Assembly (NCBI GenBank): GCA_963778975.1
Contig: CAVZWM010000023.1
Span: 127,356-191,355, forward strand
Direction: 5' to 3'
DNA length: 64,000 nucleotides
Source of the DNA: an uncultured Actinomycetota bacterium
GTDB taxonomy: Bacteria > Actinomycetota > Actinomycetes > Propionibacteriales > Nocardioidaceae
Shown here: positions 22,200-33,264 of the stretch, in pieces
How positions within the stretch are numbered: position 1 is the first letter of the stretch
How the letters are laid out: each line of letters starts with the position of its first letter
Translations under genes and position numbers: made by a program
Notes under the pieces: generated by a model
The model's input: the letters and a program-made list of their open reading frames with translations, nothing else
Database searches by the model: none
Told to the model about the DNA's origin: nothing

Positions 22200-23348
22200 C
22201 TACAAGCCCAGCATCCGCCCGATGATCTCCTTCTGGATCTCGGTGGTGCCGCCGTAGATGGTCTGGATGCGGGAGTCGGTGTAGGCCTTGGAGATGGGGT
22301 ACTCGTTCATGTAGCCGTAGCCGCCGTGCAGCTGGACGCCGACGTCGACGACCCGCTTCTGCAGCTCGGTGGTCCACCACTTGGCCATCGACGCGAGCGC
22401 GGTGTCGACCTCGCCGGCGTTGAGTCGCAGGACGCAGTCGTTGATGAAGACCCGGGCGATGTGGGCCTCGGTCGCCATCTCGGCGAGGGCGAAGCGGTTG
22501 TGCTGGAACTTCCCGATCGGCTTGCCGAAGGCCTCGCGCTCCTTGGCGTAGGCCAGGCAGATGTCGAGGACGTGCTCGATCGCGGCGACCGCGATGCAGC
22601 CGATGGAGATGCGCTCCTGCGGGAGGTTCTGCATCAGCGAGATGAAGCCGGAGCCCTCGGCGCCGAGCAGGTTCTCCTTGGGCACGTGGACGTCGGTGAA
22701 GGAGAGCTCGGCGGTGTCCTGCGCGTGCAGCCCCATCTTGTCGAGGTTGCGGCCGCGCTCGAAGCCCGCCATGCCGCGCTCGACGACGAGCAGGCTGATG
22801 CCCTGGTGGCCGGCCTCGGGGTCGGTGCGGCAGACGACGACCACGAGGTCGGACAGGATGCCGTTGGAGATGAAGGTCTTCGATCCGTTGAGGACGTAGT
22901 GGTCGCCGGCGTCGACGGCCGTGGTGCGGATGCCCTGCAGGTCCGAGCCGGCGCCAGGCTCGGTCATCGCGATCGCGGAGACGAGGTCGCCGGAGACGAG
23001 CCCGGGCAACCAGCGCTGCTTCTGCTCCTCGGTGCCGAGGGAGGAGATGTAGGGGACGATGATGTCGGTGTGCACGGCGAAGCCCGGGCCCGAGGCGCCG
23101 GCGCGGGCGGCCTCCTCGGCGAGGACCATGTTGTAGCGGAAGTCCGCGATCCCCGGCCCGCCGTAGGCCTCGTCCACGTCGAAGCACAGCAGCCCCCGCT
23201 GGCCGGCCTTGCGCCACACCTCGCGGTCGACGATGCCGTCGCGCTCCCACTGCTCGTGGAAGGGCGTCACCTCCTTCTCGAAGAAGGCGCGCGCGATCGC
23301 GCGGAAGTCCTCGTGCTCCTGCTCGAGGATGCTGGGGCGCTCAGGCAT
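22200..23348 (-). CDS. Acyl-CoA dehydrogenase (LCAD-like)
   Basis: AMTEPGAGSD, NGSKTFISNG, QLHGGYGY and IYGGTTEIQKE motifs. Confidence 0.95.
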   Translation of the reverse strand: MPERPSILEQEHEDFRAIARAFFEKEVTPFHEQWERDGIVDREVWRKAGQRGLLCFDVDEAYGGPGIADFRYNMVLAEEAARAGASGPGFAVHTDIIVPYISSLGTEEQKQRWLPGLVSGDLVSAIAMTEPGAGSDLQGIRTTAVDAGDHYVLNGSKTFISNGILSDLVVVVCRTDPEAGHQGISLLVVERGMAGFERGRNLDKMGLHAQDTAELSFTDVHVPKENLLGAEGSGFISLMQNLPQERISIGCIAVAAIEHVLDICLAYAKEREAFGKPIGKFQHNRFALAEMATEAHIARVFINDCVLRLNAGEVDTALASMAKWWTTELQKRVVDVGVQLHGGYGYMNEYPISKAYTDSRIQTIYGGTTEIQKEIIGRMLGL

Positions 23349-24065
23349 GGTGTCTCCGTTCATCGGTGTGACGAGCGCGGCTCACTGCGCGCGCCGCGAC
23401 GTAGGCGGGCTCGCGCAGGGCCTCGACGAGGGCGTACTGCTCGATCCCGGCGAGCGGGCGGGTGATCGGGTCGAACCGGTCGTAGGAGTCGGTCGGCGAC
23501 CACACCACGTCGAGGAGGCCGACGCGCTGCCAGCCGCCCGTGCCCAGCGCGAGCTCGAGCTCGTACGTCGTCGGGGGCAGGCCGTCGCGCGCGTCGTTGC
23601 CGGGGGAGAGGCGGAAGGTCACCGCCCGGTGAGCCGGCGACGCACCGGGAGGAGGGTGGTGAGCCGCGCCGAAGTGCCGCGGACCCCGCAGCACCAGCAG
23701 GTAGCGGCTCCATGGGCCGGCTCCCGGTGCTGGCGAAGAGGACGTCGGCGTCACCGCCACCAGCCCCCGCGCTCGTGCAGGCGCAGCGCGAGGCCCTCGA
23801 TGTCGGGCCAGCCCTGCGGAAGTGCCGATCGCCCGGGACCATCGTGGCCTCGCAGGAACGCGTTGCCGACCAGGGAGACCGCCTCGATGCCCAGTGCGGG
23901 CACGGCGTCGGTCGACCGTGACGTGGCCGGTCCCGTGGTGGCCGACCGGGTGCAGCGGCTTGTCGCGGCGCAGGAGTCCAGCAAGTGCCGCCACGAGACC
24001 GAGGACGGCGCCGGGCAGTGGCTCCGAGGAGGGACAGAGGTGATCGAGGGGTCATGGTCCTCCAT
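23341..24065 (-). CDS. Hypothetical catalase-fold-related protein, multiply frameshifted (ends approximate)
   Basis: Fragments RDKPLHPVG, WPDIEGLALR, DVLFASTG and RFDPI..PL...LREPAY lie in three frames. Confidence 0.45.
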
Positions 24066-24091
24066 TACCCCGTCCTCGCCGTCGACACCGC

Positions 24092-25132
24092 TCAGGACAC
24101 CCATTCCTTGATCTGGGCGACGGTCGCGGCGGGGTCGTCGGAGACGGGCGTGATGTTGAGGTCGGTGACGCCGGCCTCCTCGAACGCCGCGATCCGCTCC
24201 TTGATGTAGGACTCGGGGCCGACGAGGTTGGCCGCCTCCAGCCACTCGGTGGGGATGAGCGCCTCGGCCTCCTTCTTCTTGCCGGAGAGGTAGAGGTCCT
24301 GGATCTCCTCGGCCTCCTTCTCGTAGCCGTAGGCGCGCGCGACGTCGTTGTAGAAGTTCTTGCCCTTGGCGCCCATGCCGCCGACGTAGAGCGCGAAGAT
24401 CGGCCGCGCGAAGTCGAGCAGCGCCTTGGTGTCGGGACCCTCGCCGATGGCGACCATGCCGCCGGCCATCACCTGCAGGGGCGCCAGGCCCTCCTGCCGC
24501 TTGGCGTTGCCGGCCGCGAGGGCGTCGCCCCAGACCAGGTGCGACTTCTCGGGGTGGAAGAGGTGGGGGATCCAGCCGTCGGCGATCTCGGCGGTCTGCT
24601 CGACGTTCTTCGGCCCGAGGGCGGCGATCCAGATCGGGATCGTGTCGCGCTCGGGCTTCGTCAGCAGCTTGAGCGGCTTGCCGAGCCCGGTGACGGCGCC
24701 GTCCTCCTTGGTGAGCGGCAGGTGGAACTCGCCGTCGGCCGTCAGCGGCTCGCGCTTGAGGCCGCTGCGGATGATCTCGATGACCTCCGCGGTGCGGGCC
24801 ATCGGCTTCTTGTAGGGGACGCCGTGGAAGCCCTCGATCACCTGCGGTCCGCTGACGCCGAGGCCGAGGATCGCGCGCCCGCCGCTGACGTTGTCCAGCC
24901 CTGCCGCGGTCTGCAGCAGCGCGCCCGGCGTGCGGGAGTAGATGTTGAGGATGCCCGAGCCGATCTGGATGGTGTCGGTCTTCGCGGCGAGGTAGCCCAT
25001 CAGCGTGGGGGAGTCGAAGCCGTACGCCTCCGCGACCCACACGCTGTCGAGCCCGGCCCGCTCGAGCGCGACGACCTGGTCGGCCGCGCTGCGGGGGTTG
25101 CCGTCGTACATCAGGAGGGTGGCGAGGCGCAT
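24092..25132 (-). CDS. LLM-class F420-dependent oxidoreductase
   Basis: WVAEAYGFD, SGGRAILGLGVSGPQVIEG, AALGPKN...EIADGW and YVGGMG motifs. Confidence 0.92.
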   Translation of the reverse strand: MRLATLLMYDGNPRSAADQVVALERAGLDSVWVAEAYGFDSPTLMGYLAAKTDTIQIGSGILNIYSRTPGALLQTAAGLDNVSGGRAILGLGVSGPQVIEGFHGVPYKKPMARTAEVIEIIRSGLKREPLTADGEFHLPLTKEDGAVTGLGKPLKLLTKPERDTIPIWIAALGPKNVEQTAEIADGWIPHLFHPEKSHLVWGDALAAGNAKRQEGLAPLQVMAGGMVAIGEGPDTKALLDFARPIFALYVGGMGAKGKNFYNDVARAYGYEKEAEEIQDLYLSGKKKEAEALIPTEWLEAANLVGPESYIKERIAAFEEAGVTDLNITPVSDDPAATVAQIKEWVS

Positions 25133-25140
25133 GCCGCAAT

Positions 25141-25161
25141 CGTGACAGTGGAACTGTCACG
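25141..25161. promoter_or_regulatory. Perfect 9-bp inverted repeat upstream of the LLM gene (candidate operator)
   Basis: cgtgacagt-gga-actgtcacg, 8 bp upstream of ATG 25132. Confidence 0.55.
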
Positions 25162-25172
25162 GTGCAAGGGCG

Positions 25173-28100
25173 TCAGTCCTGGGGGCAGACCTGGCGCACG
25201 GGCTGACCGGGGAAGTGCTCCGCCCACTCGGCCTCGGTCAGGTCCCGACCGGCCGCGCGGCACGCGAACTCCGACCGCCCGACTCGCAGAGGGGTCCCAC
25301 ACGTACACGGCGGGGTCCCGGTGCCACGGCACGATCAGGATCCTGCCGTCGGGAAGGAATTCGGGGGACACCCAGGACGAGCCGTCCAGAAGGACCCGCC
25401 CCGTGATGGCCCCGGTCTCGACATCCCACAAGACGGTCGAGCCGTCGTCTGCGCCGCTGACCAATCGGGACCCGTCGGGGGAGAACGACGCGAACGTGAC
25501 GAGCCCGTCATGTGCTCGCACCGGGTCGCGGACCAGCTGGCCCGTCGAGGTGTCGATGATGGCGACGTCGCCGTCCCAGCCACCCGCGGCGACATGGCGG
25601 CCGTCCGGGGAGTAGGCCGCCCAGGTCCCGTTGCCCAGCCCGAGGGAACCCTCGTGAAGAACCGAACCCTCTTCAAGATCGACGAGCGCCCAGCGATTGG
25701 ACGGGTCGTTCCAGAAGAACGTGCGTTCGGGGCCGCCCACCAGTGCGAACGCCGTTCGGTTGTCCGGCCCCAGTGCGACGCAGCAGACGTTGGCGCCCAG
25801 GTCGACCGATCGCCCCACGGGCTCCAGGTCAGTCCCGTCGAGCAGCGTGAGGGTGCCCGAGAGCTCGGAGATCACGACTCGGGAGCCGTCGGGGCTGTGG
25901 TCGACCTCGGTCACCCGGTCACCGACCGGATGGGGGCCGGCCCGCACCCGACCCGTTCGGCCGTCCCAGATGTAGAGGGTGCCACCTTTGGCCCGGATGT
26001 ATTCCGAGCGAGGGGCGAACCAGCTGCCGGCGCCGAAGCTGTACCCGGTGCCGGCGGCACGCTCGCGATACGCCCTGCGCCGGTTCACTTCGAGCACGAG
26101 CCCCGTCTCGGCTTCAACCCCCGTGCCCCGGCACAGGGTGTACGCGACGTACTCACCGCCGCTGGAGGGGGTGGCAAGGCACGCGCTCTCCTGGCCGGTA
26201 CGCCACGGCAGGTTCATCGGGATCCTGCGTAGATAGCGCAGCGTCCCGTCCACGTCCCATTGACGGAGACTCTGGTCCAGGGTCGCGCTCACGAGCATCG
26301 CGCCCCCTGCCGCGAAGTCAACGGGCGAGTCCCCAGCCTGGGTGCCGAACTGCGCCAGGCGTGCAGCGCTTCGGGCGTCCCAGACCGCTACGGACGATCC
26401 GAACCCCGACACGGTCAGCACTCGACGACCGTTGTTGCTGAATCGGGCCTCGATTGTCACGAGGTCGTGCGGCAACGCGTGCCGGATCCGACCGCTGTCG
26501 GCGTCGACGAGGACGACTCCGTTGCCCGCCCCGACTCCGGCCAGCACCAGCTGTCGGCCGTCCGGGCTGATGTCGAAGCCCAGGGCTTCATCCCGCGCGC
26601 TCTGCGCCGAGAGGGTGCGGACGCCACCTGAGCGGAGGTCATGGACGCGAATGCTCGGGGTGGCGGTGTAGAGCAGACGGCCGTCGGGCGACAGTGCGGC
26701 AGACGCCCAGTTCTTCGTCCAACGTGAGAGGTCGATCATCAACGGCTTCGCCGACGATCCCAGCGTCCAGACGTAGGCCCTCGTCTCGACCGGGATCCGG
26801 GAATTGCCTCGGCGAGCGAGACGGTTCACCACGCCGACCATGGTCGAGCCGTCCCGGCTGAACTCGGCGTCCCGCATCCGCCACGCTCCCCGCGGCAGCC
26901 CGGACGGCTGAGGCACAACGGATTGGAGCGTCTCCGAGTCCACGACGTGCAGCAGACGATCGGAGTACGGAGCGGCACCCACGGCGATCACGCCACCATC
27001 GGGGCTGACCCGGAGGACGCGGCGACCGAAGAGCTCGGACCGGGTCGTGCCGATCTGTCGTCGCGCCAGCTCGGCACCTGTCACCAGGTCGACGATGCTG
27101 AGGGAGTAGGCACTGTCGAGCAGTGCCACCGTCCGGCCGTCTGGGTGCACGTCCAGAGCGCCCGTCTCCGTGCCCGACAACGGAGTGGAGCGGATCAGTG
27201 CGGGGTTCAGGCTGATGACCTGCTGCAGGTTTCCCACTGTCTCGGGGGACTCGTCCAGGACAACCCCGGCTGCCGCGAGCAACAGTGCGGTGTCAAGGTC
27301 GCCCGTAGCGCTGCCACGCGCGGCGGCGCCGCGGGCAAGGGCGGACAGCGCTGACTGTTGAGCGCCAGCGCGGCGTTCTCGCTGGCTCGGTCGGACTGGA
27401 CTGCGGCGATGCCGCCGGCGGCGAGGGCGAGGACGAGGAGCACCGCGGCGCCGCTGAGCACGATCCGGAGTCGACGGATCAGCCGGGCCTGGGCGCGGGC
27501 GTGCTCGGCGGCACTCCGCTCCTCGGCGTCCGAGGCCTCGCGGGCGGCGGCCAGGAACTCGCGCTCGGTGTCGGTCAGGGTGGACTCGGTGCGGGACTGC
27601 CAGTCCAGCGCTCGCGTGAGCCGGACCCCGCGGTAGAGCTCGCTGTCCGGTCGTCCGAGGGTGTCCCAGGCGTCGGCCGCCGCCGCTCAGGTGGTGTCGG
27701 ATCCGCTGGCCCTCGACGTCGTCGTCGAGCCAGCCCCGCAGGCGGGGCCAGGCGCGGGCCAGGGCCTCGTGCGTGATCTCGAGGACCCCCTCGTCGCTGG
27801 TCACGAGTCGCGCGTCGACCAGCATCTCGATCAGCCGCTCGTGGTGGGCGTCCGAGGCGACGAGGCGGCGCGGGACCTGGGTACGGACCGCCTCGCCATC
27901 GACGCCGGGAGAGACCAGCCGCAGGACCAGGTCGCGCAGCAGGTGTCGCTGCTCGGGGCGACGCTGCCGTAGAGCCGCTCGGCGGACTGCGCCACCGCTC
28001 CGTGGATCCCCCCGGTGGCGTGGTAGCCGTCGACGGTCAGGGTGTTGCCCTCGCGCCGCCGCCAGGTCTCGAGCAGGGCGTGCGACAGGAGCGGCAGCGC

Positions 28101-29441
28101 TCCCGGGTCGTCGCGCACCTCCCTGACGAGCAGGTCCACCAGACCCGGCTGGAGGATGAGCCCGGCCTGCCGGGCCGGGCCTGTGACGGCGTCGTGCAGC
28201 GCCTTCTCGTCGAGTGAGCCGACGAGGTGCAGGCCGCCTTCGATCAAGCGGCTGAAGCCGGCGTGCTCGGTGACCTGGGTCAGCCGGTCGCCGCGCAGGG
28301 TCAGGATCACCGGACGCCGGATCGTCTCGTGGGCGAGCCGCTCGAGGAACTCGCGCCGTTCCTCCAGGTCGTCGCACAGGGCGAAGACCTCCTCGGTCTG
28401 GTCGACGGCCAGCACGGTGCGGGCGTCGGCGTTCTCCGGCAGCGCGGTCATCGCCTCGAGTGGTCGTCGACCCGGCGTGATCAGCACGATCCGGTGACCG
28501 CGCTCGCGCAGGGCTGCCAGCACCCCGGCACGCATGAGTGACGACTTGCCGGAGCCGGAGGGGCCGACGAGCGCTGCGAAGGAGCCCGTCGCCAGCAGGT
28601 TGAGGCACGACTGGATGTCGCGATCCCGGCCGAAGAACCGCTCGGTGTCGTCGACGTCGTACGCCTTGAGGCCCTGCCACGGGCACTGTGCTGCCCCCGC
28701 CAGGGGCTGCCGGACGAGGAGGCGGGGGTCCTGCTCGAGGATCGACTGCTCGAGGGCCAGCATCTCCGGACTCGGGTCGATCCCGAGCTCCCGTGCCAGG
28801 AACGCGCGGAGCTTGCGCAGAGAGCGCAACGCCTCGGCCTGGTCGCCCGTCTGGTACTGCGCGAGCACGAGGAGCTCCCACCGTCTCTCCCGGAGCGGCG
28901 CGGCACTCACGAGGGTGTGCGCCTGCGCCAGCACCTCGCGGGCGCGCCCGCTGCGCAGCATCGCGTCGACGTACAGCTCCTGCGCCTCGAGACGCAGCTC
29001 GTCGAGCCGGCCGGCAGCTTGACGGCCGGGCGGCCAGTCGGGGAGATCGGGAAAGGCGGGGCCGCGCCAATGTTCGAGGGCCTGCTCCAGCAGGAAGGCC
29101 ACCCGGTCGTTCTCGCCCGCCATGAGGAGCCCGCGGGCCCGCGTGACCTGCGCCTCGAAGTCGTGCGCATCCAGGTGGTCGGGCGGCACGGCCAGCACGT
29201 AGCCGTGGGTCGACGTCTCGATCGCCTGCGGTCCCAGGGCCTTCCGGAGCCGGACGATGCACGACTGGAGGTTCTTGGGCGCCGACACCGGTGGATGGTC
29301 GCCCCAGACGGCGTCGATGAGCTCGTCCGCGCTCACCGGTTGCCCCAGCCGCGTGGCCAGGGCCTGCAGTACAACTCGGTCGTGGGGGCCGAGGCGTCCC
29401 GAGCCGTCGACGGTCAGCGGACCGAGGACTTTGATCCCCAC
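25173..29441 (-). CDS. SARP (wHTH-BTAD)-nSTAND1 NTPase-TM-WD40 protein (frameshifts near 27957, 27687, 27362 and 25272)
   Basis: KVLGPL, LWGD-type wHTH and PLRERRWELL..A.Y BTAD; CPWQGL..Y..FFGR; Walker A GPSGSGKSS; Walker B VDQTEEVF; HEAL..WPRL; a TM helix; SPDG/WD repeats; C-terminus AGRDLTEAEW..FPG...CP. Confidence 0.88.
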
Positions 29442-29553
29442 CTTTGCCAGAGTCCTCGCCGCGACCAGACGAGTCAACGGACTTATACCTGGGCTATACC
29501 GCCTGCGTGAGCGACGTGTACCGACCGGTGGGCACCTGGACACCTCGGGTCGT

Positions 29554-30114
29554 TCACCTGCCCAGGTCGCGCACCACCTCGGCGCCCGGCAGGTCCGCCA
29601 GCAGGCGGCCGGGGAGCAGCAGCTTGGAGCGGCGTACGCCACTGCCGACCACCACGATCGGCTCGTCGAGGAGCGCGTCGTGCACCAGGACCCGCCAGCC
29701 CGCCGGGAGCCCGAGCGGGGTGATGCCGCCGTACTCCATGCCGGTCTCGGCCACCGCCCGCTCCGTCGGCAGGAACGAGGCCTTGCGCACGTCGAGCATC
29801 TTGCGCACCAGGGTGTTGACGTCGGCGCGGGTGTCGGCCCGTACGACGCACGCGGCGATGCGCTCGTCGCCGGCACGCGCACCCGACACGACCACGCAGT
29901 TGCCGCTGGCCGTCATCGGGATGCCGTACGCCTCACTCATCGCGGCGGTGTCGGCCAGGTCGGGGTCGATGTCGACGACCGCCACCTCGACGGCACCCGG
30001 CCATCCGGCCAGGGCCTCAGCGACCGGTGCGGCCACCAGGTCGGGGTGCTCGGCGGCGGGCAGGGACGTCAGGGTCGGGAAGCGCGGGAGCGTCACGCGG
30101 TCATCATGCGCCAT
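29554..30114 (-). CDS. YbaK/EbsC aminoacyl-tRNA editing-domain protein
   Basis: DPDLADT, NCVVV.G, RKASF, TGMEYGGITPLG and GSGVRRSKL motifs. Confidence 0.9.
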   Translation of the reverse strand: MAHDDRVTLPRFPTLTSLPAAEHPDLVAAPVAEALAGWPGAVEVAVVDIDPDLADTAAMSEAYGIPMTASGNCVVVSGARAGDERIAACVVRADTRADVNTLVRKMLDVRKASFLPTERAVAETGMEYGGITPLGLPAGWRVLVHDALLDEPIVVVGSGVRRSKLLLPGRLLADLPGAEVVRDLGR

Positions 30115-30162
30115 TCACCCTGAGGTCGCCGGGTGGTCCCCGTGGCCGGGCAGCCTGCGGGC

Positions 30163-31230
30163 ATGACGGTGACTCGTGAGGCGCTGAGGACGACCGCGTC
30201 GTTGGTCGTCACGCCTGCCGTGGTCGCGCACCGCGGAGCCAGCGGTCACCGTCCCGAGCACACCCTCGACGCCTACCGGACAGCCATCCGGATGGGCGTG
30301 GACGACATCGAGCTCGACCTCGTCTCCACCAGGGACGGGGTCCTGGTCGCCCGCCACGAGGCCGAGCTCAGCACGACGACCGACGTCGCGTCGCGTGCCG
30401 GGTTCGCCCACCTCCGCACCACCCGCACCATCGACGGCGTCGCCCAGTGCGGGTGGTTCGCCCAGGACTTCACCGTCGCCCAGCTGAAGACCCTCGCCGC
30501 GCGCGAACGGATGCCGGGCACCCGTCCGTCGAGCGCCCACTTCGACGGCGCCGAGGGTGTCCCGACGCTGACCGAGGTGCTCGCCATGGTCGGTGCCGAG
30601 TCGGCCCGACGCGGCCGCACGGTCGGGGTCATGCTCGAGCTCAAGCACGCCACCCACCACGACTCGATCGGGCTCCCGCTCGACGAGCCGCTCCTGAAGG
30701 ACCTCGCCCGGCACGGTCTCGACCACCCGTGGGCGCGCGTGACCCTCATGTCCTTCGAGACCACCGTCCTGCGGCGCCTCGCCGGGCGGACGAGGCTCCC
30801 GATCATCCAGCTCCTCGAGACTCCGTCGCGACATCCGGCCGACCTCGTCGCGGCCGGTGACCATCGTTCCTACGGCGACCTCGCCTCGCCCGAGGGGCTG
30901 GCCTGGATCGACGAGTACGCCGACGGCATCGGGCCCCACAGGTCGATGATCCTGCCGCGCGACAGCGGCGGCGCGATCGCCGAGCCGTCCACCCTGGTCC
31001 GTGACGCCCACCGGCTCTGGCTCACCGTCCACGCCTGGACCGTGCGCGGGGAGAACCGCTTCCTGCCGAGCAACCTGCGCCACGGCAGCGCTCCCGACGC
31101 CCTCGGTGACATGGCCGCGGAGGTGCGCGCACTCCTCGATGCCGGGGTCGACGGGGTGATCACCGACCACCCCGAGGCGGCGCTCCGAGCGGTGCGCGAG
31201 AGTCTCGTGGCGATCCTCGACACACCCTGA
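30163..31230 (+). CDS. Glycerophosphodiester phosphodiesterase (GlpQ-like, no signal peptide)
   Basis: AHRGASGHRPEHT, ELDLVSTRDG...RHE, ELKH and GVDGVITDHP motifs. Confidence 0.9.
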   Translation: MTVTREALRTTASLVVTPAVVAHRGASGHRPEHTLDAYRTAIRMGVDDIELDLVSTRDGVLVARHEAELSTTTDVASRAGFAHLRTTRTIDGVAQCGWFAQDFTVAQLKTLAARERMPGTRPSSAHFDGAEGVPTLTEVLAMVGAESARRGRTVGVMLELKHATHHDSIGLPLDEPLLKDLARHGLDHPWARVTLMSFETTVLRRLAGRTRLPIIQLLETPSRHPADLVAAGDHRSYGDLASPEGLAWIDEYADGIGPHRSMILPRDSGGAIAEPSTLVRDAHRLWLTVHAWTVRGENRFLPSNLRHGSAPDALGDMAAEVRALLDAGVDGVITDHPEAALRAVRESLVAILDTP

Positions 31231-31264
31231 AAGGCATGGCCTTGCACCGGCGTACTCTCTGACC

Positions 31265-32959
31265 GTGACGCACCTTCCCGCGACCGACGTCTCCGTAGCC
31301 CTGCTGGAACGGATCCGCGAGTCCGTGATCGGCGACGACCAGGTCATGCAGGGCCCCTACGGCCCGCGCCGGGTGACCTACGCCGACTACACGGCGTCGG
31401 GTCGCAGCCTCGCCTTCATCGAGGACTTCATCCGCTGCGAGGTGCTCCCGGCCTACGCCAACACGCACACCGAGGCCAGCGGCACCGGACTGCAGACCAC
31501 CCGCCTGCGCGAGGACGCGCGGCGCATCATCCGCGACGGTGTGGGTGGCGACGAGGAGACCGTGGTGGTCTTCTGCGGGTCCGGCAGCACCGCCGCCATC
31601 GACAAGCTCATCGGCATCCTCGGCCTGCGGATCCCGGCCGGGCTCGACGACCGCTACCACCTCAGCGACGCCATCCCCGCCGACGAGCGGCCGGTCGTCT
31701 TCATCGGGCCCTTCGAGCACCACTCCAACGAGATCCCGTGGCGCGAGACGATCGCCGACGTCGTGACGATCCACGAGGACGCCGACGGACGGGTCTCGCT
31801 GGACCACCTCGCCGAGGAGCTGGAGCGTTACGCCGACCGACCGCTGAAGATCGGCTCCTTCTCCGCAGCCTCCAACGTGACCGGCATCGTCACCGACACC
31901 GAGGGCGTCGCCGACCTCCTGCACCAGCACGGAGCACTGAGCTTCTGGGACTTCGCCGCGTGCGCGCCCTACGTCGACATCGAGATGTACGGCCCCGGCA
32001 CCTCGGTGAAGGACGCCATCTTCATCTCGCCCCACAAGTTCATCGGCGGCCCCGGCACCCCCGGCGTGCTCGTCGTCCGGCGTGAGCTGATGACCAACCG
32101 GGTGCCGGTCGTGCCCGGCGGCGGCACGGTGATGTACGTCAACCCGACCGAGCACCGCTACCTCGACGACCCGGCCCACCGCGAGGAGGGCGGCACTCCC
32201 GGCATCGTGGAGTCCATCCGGGCGGGCCTGGTCTTCCAGCTCAAGCAGGCCGTCGGCGTGGAGACGATCCAGGCGCACGAGGAGGAGATGCTCAAGCGCG
32301 CGGTCGCGGCGTGGGTGGCGGAGCCGACGATCCAGATCCTCGGCAACCTCGACTCCCAGCGCCTCTCGATCGTCTCGTTCGTGCTGAAGGCGCCCGACGG
32401 CTCGTACCTCCACCACAACTACGTCGTCGCACTGCTCAACGACCTCTTCGGCATCCAGACCCGCGGCGGGTGCTCGTGCGCCGGCCCGTACGGCCACCGA
32501 CTCCTCGACATCGACCTCGACACCAGCCACCAGTTCGAGGCCCAGATCGCCGGCGGCTGCGAGGGCATCAAGCCCGGCTGGGTGCGGGTGAACTTCAACT
32601 ACTTCGTCGAGGAGGAGGTCTTCACCTACGTCGTGGAGGCCGTCCGCCTCGTGGCCCGCGAGGGCTGGCGGCTGCTGGGGGACTACCGCTTCGACCCGGT
32701 GACCGGCCTGTGGCACCACCGCACCGGCACCGTCGAGCCGCCGCTGCGCCTGACCGACGTCATCTACGCCGCGGACGGCGCCATGAGGTGGCCCGAGCAC
32801 ACGACGACGGCCCCCGTCTCGGTGCTCAGGGAGCACCTCGACGAGGGCCGGTCGATCCTGGCCGCCGCGACCCCACCGGACTGGTCGGACACCGCCCACC
32901 TGAGCGCGGACTTCGACGACCTCAGGTGGTTCGCGCTGCCTGCCTGCTCACTTGCGTGA
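31265..32959 (+). CDS. Class V PLP-dependent enzyme (cysteine desulfurase-like)
   Basis: YADYTASG, EHHSN, SNVTG, SPHKF (PLP Lys) and RGGCSCAGPYGH motifs. Confidence 0.9.
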   Translation: MTHLPATDVSVALLERIRESVIGDDQVMQGPYGPRRVTYADYTASGRSLAFIEDFIRCEVLPAYANTHTEASGTGLQTTRLREDARRIIRDGVGGDEETVVVFCGSGSTAAIDKLIGILGLRIPAGLDDRYHLSDAIPADERPVVFIGPFEHHSNEIPWRETIADVVTIHEDADGRVSLDHLAEELERYADRPLKIGSFSAASNVTGIVTDTEGVADLLHQHGALSFWDFAACAPYVDIEMYGPGTSVKDAIFISPHKFIGGPGTPGVLVVRRELMTNRVPVVPGGGTVMYVNPTEHRYLDDPAHREEGGTPGIVESIRAGLVFQLKQAVGVETIQAHEEEMLKRAVAAWVAEPTIQILGNLDSQRLSIVSFVLKAPDGSYLHHNYVVALLNDLFGIQTRGGCSCAGPYGHRLLDIDLDTSHQFEAQIAGGCEGIKPGWVRVNFNYFVEEEVFTYVVEAVRLVAREGWRLLGDYRFDPVTGLWHHRTGTVEPPLRLTDVIYAADGAMRWPEHTTTAPVSVLREHLDEGRSILAAATPPDWSDTAHLSADFDDLRWFALPACSLA

Positions 32960-33253
32960 CGGCAGGACCGTCGCGACCAGCCCGGCCGCGCCGGCCGCCA
33001 GCCACGGGATCGGGAACAGCCAGCGGTATTCGCCCGGCTCCACCACGTTGCCCTCGACGAGGGCCCAGATCAGCAGCAGGCCGGCGAAGGCGACGCCCAT
33101 GACGAGCTGGGTGATGTTCACCGGGTGCCAGCCCGACGGCTTGTCGGGTGCGTCCAGCGGTCCGATCATCGGCTCGTCGTAGCCGTAGCCGGCGGGGCCG
33201 TAGAGGTCGGTGCTCTCGTAGGGATTCGTGTGCTCGCTCATGCTGTCACTCAT
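32948..33253 (-). CDS. Small 2-TM membrane protein (PspC-locus associated)
   Basis: Two hydrophobic helices; GGAG RBS; directly downstream of the PspC gene. Confidence 0.75.
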   Translation of the reverse strand: MSDSMSEHTNPYESTDLYGPAGYGYDEPMIGPLDAPDKPSGWHPVNITQLVMGVAFAGLLLIWALVEGNVVEPGEYRWLFPIPWLAAGAAGLVATVLPSRK

Positions 33254-33264
33254 CTCGGTGCTCC

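Noticed and set aside
25173-29441. Avs-type antiphage system
   Set aside because: The effector is a wHTH-BTAD regulator rather than a nuclease, TIR or SIR2 domain, and no defence genes are adjacent. Kept only as a sensor-swap finding.
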